DNA of 61,763 nucleotides, filler included, from Vermamoeba vermiformis (Eukaryota): NCBI GenBank assembly GCA_045837725.1. It is 5 parts of 5 records of this genome, joined end to end, with 100 filler letters (N's around TTAATTAATTAA, not from the genome) between each part and the next. Parts side by side here need not be neighbours in the genome. Positions count along the whole stretch, not along the records: positions 50,266 to 58,758 come from JBEWZL010000231.1; positions 58,859 to 61,763 come from JBEWZL010000245.1; 3 more parts are not named here. One strand, 5' to 3'. Shown piece by piece: positions 53,201 to 61,763 of this stretch (position 1 is its first letter; each line of letters starts with the position of its first letter). The notes under the pieces were generated by a model. It saw only the letters and a program-made list of their open reading frames with translations, ran no database searches and was not told where the DNA came from. The position numbers and the translations under genes were made by a program.

Positions 53201-54570
53201 ACAAAGTAAGTAGTATACCCCGATAGCTGTATATATATACTAACGTTTTATACTTTTAGATCGAATGAAATTACGAACGTGAAAGAGAGACGCGATCCGT
53301 AAGTTGAACGGATTCGCGAGAAGAAAATTTGTTGACGATAATTCTATGTGTAAGTTTTGTTATTTTAGTTATTAATACATATATACTAACGCGTTTATAT
53401 ATTTAGAATTACAATTTGATGTGTTCAGTAGCCGATCCGCGAGGGGCCCCGCTATCAACCAAAATTTAACGAGTATGTGAGTAAGTTACTTTGTTTACAA
53501 GCATTTAAATATCGTTACTAACTAATTTAAAGCTATTCTAGGTGTAAATTAAAGAGTTGGTGGCAACAAAGTCGTCGACGGGTTGGATCGAGCACGATCT
53601 CTTATTAAAAGATACAGGTAAGTTATTTATTAATAGTTAATAATACAATATATTAATACGTTGAATTTTTATAGGATTTGTTCTCTAAATCGTGGTAGAT
53701 TCCCCGTGTTATTTTTGGTGCCAGTCAGTTTTTCGATCTGCGCACGTAACGAACACAAATGGTTCGCAATAATTTGCACGAGGCTATTATACGATGTATA
53801 TTGTTATTGTATTAATAACCTGGCAATAAATTGGTTGGAATTGAATCCAGAAAGTCGATCTGTAAGTTTGTTGAAAATTAAATTGTTAAATTAATTAATT
53901 AATATTTGCGTGATTGTTTATATTAAAAAATAATTAATTGGTATGTTTTGATAGGTTCTATTGTTTGAATTCGAGACACGCAATCTCGATCGAAGTTAAT
54001 TTTTGACGCCCAAGAACATAACGAGTACGTATTATTGATTATTTTTAATAGTATTATTATTACTCAATTGATACTAATGTTATTCAAGTCTGAGCCGTTC
54101 AGTGAATTGGTGATTGACCACGTGGCCAACAGATCAAGCCGTTACACGAGCCTTGGCGCGAGCAAAATAAAACGTAAGTAAGAAATTACGAATCTATGCA
54201 TGCATTATTAACGATATACGGTAAAGGTTAGGGCCAGGTGTATTGTCTGTGGCAGATCCATAACTCCGCAATATGGATCTCATCAACGAGCGCGCTTAGC
54301 ATCATTCGAGCAGTTCTCATGCATATTGGATGGTAAGTACACGTACTTATAAGTAATAATTTATTTATTGAATGACATTATTACGAGTTTTACGTTCAAT
54401 CGTTTTGCGAAGAAATTTGACTCAATATTTATTTTTCTCGTTGCGTTTATTGTTCATTCTGCTCAATTTACTTTACAGACCACCACGCATTGCAGTTCGA
54501 GCAGAAATAGAACTGCTTTGCTTCGATCTGCGACATCTGACGCCCAAGTACACGAGACATCCGGCATTAA
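50266..54570 (+). ncRNA. Putative multi-exon non-coding transcript or 5' leader, about 25-30 periodic exon/intron units
   Basis: Repeated GTAAG donor / CTAA branch / YAG acceptor AT-rich introns (~55-80 nt) alternate with ~70-110 nt GATC-rich exons. Exon 52209-52297 has stops in all three frames. Confidence 0.55.
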
Positions 54571-54571
54571 A

Positions 54572-57500
54572 ATGGCTTTAAATGTAAGTACTTTCGTTTA
54601 AATTACATTGTAAGCATTTCTAATATTTTATTAAGTATTCTATACAATTTAACGATGCTCTTGGCGTCTCCTACGCTGATCTGCTGGAACAAATCCAAAA
54701 AAAATGCGGATTTGCTAAGGTAAGTCCTTTTGCTTGTTAATTGTTCAATGCTAATCATGTTTATTTAGTTTAAAATGACCAAATCGACATTCAAGAAAAT
54801 CAGGATCCGCCGCTGGCAAGAGGCAGCTTCGGCAGAAAAGATCTCTTTGACGGCAGAGATCTACGCGGCTATCGAGCGGATGGCTCAGGAGCAGGTAAGC
54901 TTGATTGATTACGGATTTATTATAAGCAATGATTTTAATTACATTTTTATTTAAGGATCCTTGCATCGAGATCCTTTCAAAATCCGGCAAAGTTCAAGCC
55001 AACGTTGAGCTTCGCGTCATCAAGTTGCCGTTGCAACAAGGTACCGACGCGTTAAAAGCTTTGTCGAAGGCCAAGTTATTCGAGTGTGAGTAGAATTACT
55101 ATTTAAAAATTTAACCAACCGTTACTAACGTTAAATAGTGGCTGAAGAGCGTGGTGAGGCCAACGCCAAGTTGCATAGCGAGGTCCTCGCGCTCAAAAAA
55201 GAGGTCAAGCTATTGCTGGATAAAGTCGAGGATTGGAAATGTACGTAACGTAATATCGTTCATTCCAATTCTAATTATTTAATTTAGCCAAGGCAACGGC
55301 ACACGTGGAGCCAGTACCTGATGAACACCACAAGGACTTCCCTCCTAGCTACGAGACGTGCCAGCTTCCTGAGCTCATTCCCGCTTACTTGCCCGGTAAG
55401 AAGCGCCGGCCCTACTTCAAATCTGCCGAGCTGTGGGCCTACGTCGAGAAGCACCTTACCTTCGTTGACACGTGGCAAAAGAACGAGGACCAACGTCGCC
55501 GGTCCAAGCTTTCAGCGCAAGTGGTTGCCGACGAGACAGCTGGTCTCATCCCAACCAAGATGTCGAACAGAGGTGCCGAGTCACGCACAGCGGTGACTCA
55601 CTTCTTCAAATTTGTCAAGCTGACAATCGGTCCAGACTCGAAGGCCTTCATTCCGAGCCAAGATCATTTGCTGTCGCCTATCACGTTGAACGCGTTCTTG
55701 GCATTCTACAGACAACACGTAAATTCACCATCGACTGCCAACAACGTGGCAAAAATGCTCGTATCATTATACAAGTATATGAAGGTATGTATAATTATTC
55801 AATCAGGAGACCATTACTAACGGAATTATTAGAGCATCGAGAAATTTTATCGCTTCTTGCCACGCATCAAGTGCTTGATCATTCATTGTCGAAGCTTCAT
55901 TCAGCTTATGGATCAAGCGTACGCTGAATATCGAGCCAAGAAATTGCTCGATAATTACTTGCTGATTCGCGGTGAGTGGTTGAAGGTACGTTCATTACAT
56001 TTATTCTGTTAGCGTTATTGACTCCGTTCGAAGGCAGAGGAATTGGCACGACTGACTGCCAAGATCTGCGAAGAGATTGTTGATTTCTTGGACGAGACAG
56101 ACACCGACAAGAAGCGTGCCATGCTCTCGAAAGACACAATTCTCGAATTTCAAATGTTATTGATCTTGTACTCGTACCTCCAACTCGGCGGACAGAGGCG
56201 TGAGGTTGTGGCAATGTTCATGGTTGGCGTAAGTAATATCACTGAACTCTGTTGAACAGTGACTAACACGTGATGCAGAACTTTGCCGCTGTCGAGAACA
56301 AGGTGATCTACTTCACCTTGATGGAGAAAGTTCAAAAACGAAACAGTGATCGATTGCCCTTGCCCACGACTCTCGGGCAATTGATCCGCATTTGGGTGGA
56401 CAAGTACCGTCCGTTGTTATTGAAGAAGGACAGCAGCGTCAAAAGTTGTTGGATTAACAAGAAGGGCGGGACCTTTGCGTAAGTTCCATGCGTAGATTGA
56501 TGGAACTCAATCTAATTGAATTTTGCAGCCTGTCATGAAATCACGCGTGGTGTCATACACAAAATTGCCACCATATTCCCGCATCGTACCATCGGTCCTC
56601 AAGTCTTGCGTCGGTTGTTCGTGTCTCTGATGCACAAGATTACGTTGGAGAACCCTGACGAATACAACAACTGGCCTGCACTGCACGCTCCACTGATCAA
56701 CACATCTGTTGCCATGCTCGGTTCTCAGTACAACCATGCTAACGCTCACAAGCAATCCGAGAAAGCCAACGCGATGATCAACAACGCGTTAAACTTGAAC
56801 CCACAACAAGCTGCTGCAGACACCATTGCCCAACATGCTCAGAACACTCCTTCATTGGACAACAATCAAGACCCCATCACCAAGATCATCGACGAGCACA
56901 TATTGGGCCCCAAGACCGAGTTTCTCTGCATCTACGAGTCTGGCAAGCAACAATGGGTTGACGACACACAACTTGACGTGTTCTGTGACGTTGTCTTGGC
57001 CTTCTACAACTCATTCGGTGGTGAAGTGCAAGAGCTTGATCCTGTTGGCGACGACGATGCTGAAGCTGATGATGACTTAGAAGAGGACACTGACGTGCCT
57101 GCGCTCGAGTCTGCCTCAAGTCTTGAAGATTATTCTGAGACTTCTGTTCAAGAGACAGAGACTTGCTCTGTGACCTTGCCTTCCTCTCAAATGGTCACTG
57201 CAGTTGAAGTTGTTCAACGTGCTGCCCTTCAAGAGTCATCCAATTACGAAGCTGTGCCGGTCTCTGCATGCACATCCAAAAAGAGAAAGCGAGCTGCCTC
57301 CAACAAAGGCCCACCATGCAAGGTTGTCAAGGTCTCTTATGATGGTGAAGAGATTTTGCTCAACAACATAGCAATCAAGCCTGGTGATGTTGTCTCTGTC
57401 AACCCAGAGTGCTCGAAGGACGAGTTTTGGCTTGCCAAGGTTCTTCAAGTGGTGAACAAGTCAGAGGTCCAGGTCAAGTGGCTGGAAAAGACCAACAAAC

Positions 57501-57604
57501 GCTACAAGTACTGCCATGGAGCACAAGACACTGTAGATCCAATGGCTTTGAATGGCTTTGGAGGAGGACAATGGCTAAGCAAGAACTGCTACTTTTGTAA
57601 GTAG
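54572..57604 (+). CDS. Spliced tyrosine recombinase with chromo-like and BAH-like domains (YR2)
   Basis: In-frame exons from ATG 54572. Motifs SPSTANNVAKML, LGGQRR, EKVQKR, PQVLRR, LINTS...SQY. Then ITKIIDEHILGPKTEFLCIYESGKQQWV (chromo-like) and IKPGDVVSV...FWLAKV...VQVKWL (BAH-like). Confidence 0.87.
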
Positions 57605-57670
57605 TGTAAAAGAAAGAGCAAGTTTAAACAACGACAACTAACTTGTAGTTAATAAAAAATAACGGTGCTA

Positions 57671-57686
57671 GGTTTAAGGGTTAGGG
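57671..57686 (+). repeat. Internal degenerate telomeric motif GGTTTAAGGGTTAGGG
   Basis: Lies just after the YR2 stop codon and AATAAA. Confidence 0.55.
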
Positions 57687-58489
57687 ATCAGGTGACCAGA
57701 TCCCGAGCCGTAGATCTCGCTTTCGCTCGCGATTTGAATCGCAATTGTTGCAGGTAATAATAGGCAATAGTAATGTCAATCAGTTTTCTAATATGTTTTA
57801 CTAGCAGGGTACACGGGCGAGCGGAGCGAGCCCGTGCAAAGCGCGATGTCAGAAATTCCATTCTGACATTCTGACACGATGTCAGAAACTAGTCGCGCTG
57901 TATTTACACCTCGCGATCATTAGCAACAACACAGGTAAGTAGTATATTATTATAATTGTTATTATTAATCACTACTAACTGTTATTTTGTTAGTATTAGC
58001 AGTGCGAAGTCGAATCTTGCTCACAATTTTCAGATCGACCCCGGAATCAATTCGAAATCACTTGTAAGTAACATATTAATTTATTTAAAGCGTATTTGCT
58101 CACAACTAATGTATTTTTGAGTAGGAATTAATTTGGAATTGCTCGAATCTGCCGTAATTTATTTAAATTTCAAATTTTAAAGTCCCGATCAACAGGTAAG
58201 TTAATATATCAATATAAACATTCATATATTAATTGTTTTTAGTAGATTTAATCTCTTTATCACACAAGTTTGCCGAATAAATTTCGGTTGGTTACAAATG
58301 TGTAAGTTCAATTCAAACACGCGTGTTTCGCTCTTTATTAATGCACTTGACTAGAATTTAACTGTATACAATGGGATCTTCGGCGCTGTCCGAGGCCGCT
58401 AGGCCACAGAGTGAAAGTAAATAGTTAAATGGGTGCTTTAAATATATTGATACATGATGAGTATTCATGTATCATCCTCATTAAAGATC

Positions 58490-58715
58490 TAATTGCTGGC
58501 TGTCCATTGATAATGATAATAATCAATTGCTGCCCTAAGGTAATGATTGCTGTCCTAAGATAATAATTGCTGTCCTAAGATAATGAAGTTGAGTTAATAT
58601 CAGGGCTGTCCATTGATAATGAACTCAATTGAATGAATAAAATGCTGCCTGATCTTGTTTACATTCAAGGCTGTCCTGTGGTAATGTGAAGTATCAGCAA
58701 TAAGGCTGCTTGATG
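58490..58715 (+). repeat. Terminal array of GCTGTCC-core repeats (20-bp period in part)
   Basis: Cores at 58499, 58529, 58549, 58569, 58605 and 58670. Confidence 0.85.
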
Positions 58716-58744
58716 ATATCATATTAATGATTGAATCAAATGCT

Positions 58745-58758
58745 TTAGGGTTAGGGTT
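58745..58758 (+). repeat. Telomeric repeat at right junction of E2
   Basis: ttagggttagggtt at the contig end. Confidence 0.9.
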
Positions 58759-58858
58759 NNNNNNNNNNNNNNNNNNNNNNNNNNNNNNNNNNNNNNNNNN
58801 NNTTAATTAATTAANNNNNNNNNNNNNNNNNNNNNNNNNNNNNNNNNNNNNNNNNNNN
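58759..58858. other. Artificial contig linker
   Basis: N44-TTAATTAATTAA-N44. Confidence 0.98.
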
Positions 58859-58953
58859 TAACTTGCCAAAAGTGGTTTGTTTATTGTTGGCGGAGATCTT
58901 GGATCTGCCGGAAGAATATTTACATAAAAGGCAGTACACGTGTAACTAGCTGT

Positions 58954-59499
58954 TTACAACATAGCTTCAATGATTTTAGCCAAGTCATCCTCTCCGGGGC
59001 AAGAACTGTTGCTGTCTTTGGCTTGCGAGGGCCAGTCACGACCAAGGGTCACGTGGAGCTCTTTGCCGTTCTTCTCAACCTTGTAGGCGCAAGCGAAACC
59101 GGAATTTTTAGTGTCGTCTTGGGCCACGTGGACAACGACCTTCTCAATCTCTTCCTGAACAGCTTCCTTGCCGATAGGATTGTTGGCGATCTTCGCAAGG
59201 GCCTTTGAGACGACAAAGATGCAATTCCAACCCTTGGTGAAGTACTTCAAGACGGCAATAGGAGCATCTAATTCTTCTTTGCTAGTCCAGTTGATCTTGC
59301 CCTATTCGTAAAATAATTCTAAGAATTTGGTTTTTGAAAGTTGGATCGAGTGTTTAGTAATTACAGTCAAAGCCTTAATGGATTCGAAATCAAGGGTGCC
59401 GACCATCTTGGGGCTAACTGCCTGCAACTCTTTGGTGAAGTTTTTCAATCCACTGCCGGCTTCGCAGTCAGCGACAGCTTTACGTAAAGCAAGAGCCAT
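58954..59499 (-). CDS. Small hypothetical protein (two exons)
   Basis: ORFs 59302-59499 and 58954-59250 linked by one intron, with codon bias typical of highly expressed genes. Confidence 0.75.
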
Positions 59500-60266
59500 T
59501 GTTAGTGAGGAGATGTGTGGTTGTTTGTTTGTTTGTTGAATGAATAACCATCTACTTTGAAAGCCTTAAATATTTTCGTGAGCTCATCGGCCGTCCGAAA
59601 AATGTGAGATATTTTTCCAAATTTGGATCGGGTGGCATTTCAGAACGAGTCAGAATGTTGTGGAGTTCTGAGAAATGTACTCTAATGAAATTGACCAGCG
59701 CTGAGACTAAGAAAATAATCCGATGTGCTCAAAAAGCGCGATGTGTAATGAACGTTTAGACCCAAATCCAGGATTAGATCCAATCTTTTCCATGACCACG
59801 ATGTTTAGCAGAAGTGTCAAGGATCAGTTTTACCCGTTAGTATATATAAACATCAAAGGCGCAGATGGAGCGTTGAGATGCCATCCTCGCCAACACTATG
59901 TCATTTGCACCTCCGGTCACGGTAAGGTCACAGACCTGTCGTACCAACTCGAAGGTTAAGGGAGCTAAGGTAGCGATCTGCGTGAGTTCACTAAGATGCT
60001 GTTGCAGTAAACACGACTAAGGTACTAGCACGGAGAGTTTAGGTTTCGAAAGGTTTGGCGCCGGACAACGTGCGGAATTCGCCACAGAAATCCATTTCCA
60101 GGAGGATCTGAACGACTACCGAGTGTTGTATCCGATCAGAACGAAATAAAAAGAGCGGATGTCTGAGGCACAAAAGTGGAACGTCATTTTCGGTCCCAAA
60201 GCAGATCGGAAAACACCGTGCTCGCAAATTTTAGGCAATAGTCGGTATATTTCATAATATCAGATC

Positions 60267-61644
60267 ATGAATGTCAATAGTATGTATTGAACGAGTGGGT
60301 TGTGATTAACATTAATTAACACTACTTCGAATTCTAGCATATTTAAAAAATCTTCGGGCGACGGGAAAAGACAGCGGTACGTAGTAACCTTTAATGTAAG
60401 TAATTTTGGTAATTTCGGTTATTTTTTTCAGATTTTTCTATTTTTGTTTACGATGAGAATGGCAAGAAAATTAAAAAGAAGGCGCATAAACTCGTCATTA
60501 AGCAAGCGCCGTATTTTAAGGCGGTAAGTCAGGACATTATTTGAACGGTAAAAGCTACTATGATCTGAACCAACCAATAGCGGCTAGATCAGGAAAACGA
60601 TCTGAAGGAAGAAACGTTGAATGACGTAGATAGCGAGACGCTTGATTACGTATTGGACTATTTATACACTGGCAATTTATCGGAGATGGATACCGACCAG
60701 GCAGTTGCTTTAATCGCCGCAGCCTATTTTCTGGGTCTTCCTCAACTCAAAGCAATTGCTGTAGAACGATGGCAACAAGAATTTCAGAAACTTACCGAGT
60801 ATAAAGATATTCTTATGGCCTTTCAAACGCTTGTAGATGAGTCGGAAAAGACGCCTATTTCCATAACTGGTAGCGGATGGGAGCCTTACGTGGAGTAAGT
60901 CATAGCAAGAAAAATTTCTTAATTAATTGAAATTCAATTTTAGTAAGGTTCTAGTTGCTTCGTGCAAGATGTACGGCGCGTATTCTGTTGCCTACCAGTC
61001 GCAGAAATTACTAGAAATTTTTGTCGATTTTTATGGCAGCTGCTTTCCTCATTACTCTCTATCCTTATTGAACGCATGGCTTATTCCCAACCCAAAGCGA
61101 GCCAATGTCACGGCAACACTAGTCAAAAAAGTGAATATGAGCCACTTGAGTCTCAGAACCATCGTGTACATGTCCAGAAGTCCTGCATTTCCAGCAGAGT
61201 ACATGCTCAGCGTACTTCAAAAACGAGCTGAAACAGACGATCGATCGATGAACGGTGTGATCATTTACGAGCTCCAAATGAAGAAAAATCGCATTGTAGA
61301 GTTAGAGCATCACACCGGCCCAGCGTACGCTGTTTGTCAGTTCGATTTAACAATCGGGTTTATAACTCCTTTTTAGGCTATTTCAAGTTAATGCGTTTGA
61401 TTTGCAACATACGACTTTTTGGAGCATTTTGGTGAAGCCGAAGAGTTGCACGATTAAAGTCGAAGTGAAACAAGGCCACACTTGGCTTAATTGGCCAGAT
61501 GGCTCACTAGGAGGAACATTGGGTAATAATTACCGGACTAGTGACATCATAGATAGAGAAAACAAGATAAATTTTCGACTGACTTTCACGCCTGAGAATA
61601 ATCAGTCAAAAGAGACGTCTTCTTGGATATACCGATTCGATTAA
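60267..61644 (+). CDS. BTB/POZ domain protein
   Basis: KAHKLVIKQAPYFKA...LNDVDSETLDYVLDYLYTG...LIAAAYFLGLPQLK. Confidence 0.85.
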
Positions 61645-61763
61645 TTCTAATTTTGTTGCAATAATAAACAAGCGATGCTTTAGATCGTGATGGCTGAAAA
61701 CGGACAGATCTAAGTTGTACGGGTACAGTTGTTCACGTCAATTTAGACAGGAGTAAATTTTCT

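Larger units (their letters stand above)
50266..58758. mobile_element. Second telomere-associated tyrosine-recombinase element E2 (left end not captured)
   Basis: YR gene homologous to YR1, a terminal repeat array, and a TTAGGG junction at the right end. Confidence 0.65.

Noticed and set aside
50915-53674. CRISPR-like interpretation of the periodic array
   Set aside because: No invariant direct repeat and no cas genes. The conserved parts are spliceosomal signals in a eukaryotic context.
54227-54332. CIVCGRSI zinc-finger-like peptide in one exon upstream of YR2
   Set aside because: Splicing to the flanking exons gives stops, so no sustained ORF could be built.

Overview
Eukaryotic, intron-rich protist DNA, probably amoebozoan (inferred from the gene set, short GT-AG introns and TTAGGG telomeres). 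The window is five contigs joined by artificial 100-nt linkers (N44-TTAATTAATTAA-N44), so adjacency across linkers means nothing. Contigs 2, 3 and 5 hold host genes: MER3/HFM1 helicase, ZIP transporter, V-ATPase B, F-box proteins, AMSH, a Grx-DEP-DUF547-LRR-RapGAP fusion, AS3MT, acyl-CoA synthetase, a lysyl-oxidase protein ending about 50 bp from a true telomere, a BTB protein, and an unusual H3-tail/H4-fold chimeric histone. Contigs 1 (1-9300) and 4 (50266-58758) each carry a homologous, spliced tyrosine-recombinase gene fused to a chromo-like domain (plus a BAH-like domain in contig 4). Both end in TTAGGG repeats next to short-period repeat arrays. Contig 1 has TTAGGG in the same orientation at both ends, and its last gene has no stop codon unless the ends are joined. 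This suggests a family of Crypton-like elements that integrate into telomeric repeats and excise as circles. Contig 4 also has a ~4.3 kb non-coding array of ~146-bp exon/intron units, with co-varying hairpins, upstream of the recombinase. Domain calls are by motif recognition only; no searches were run.
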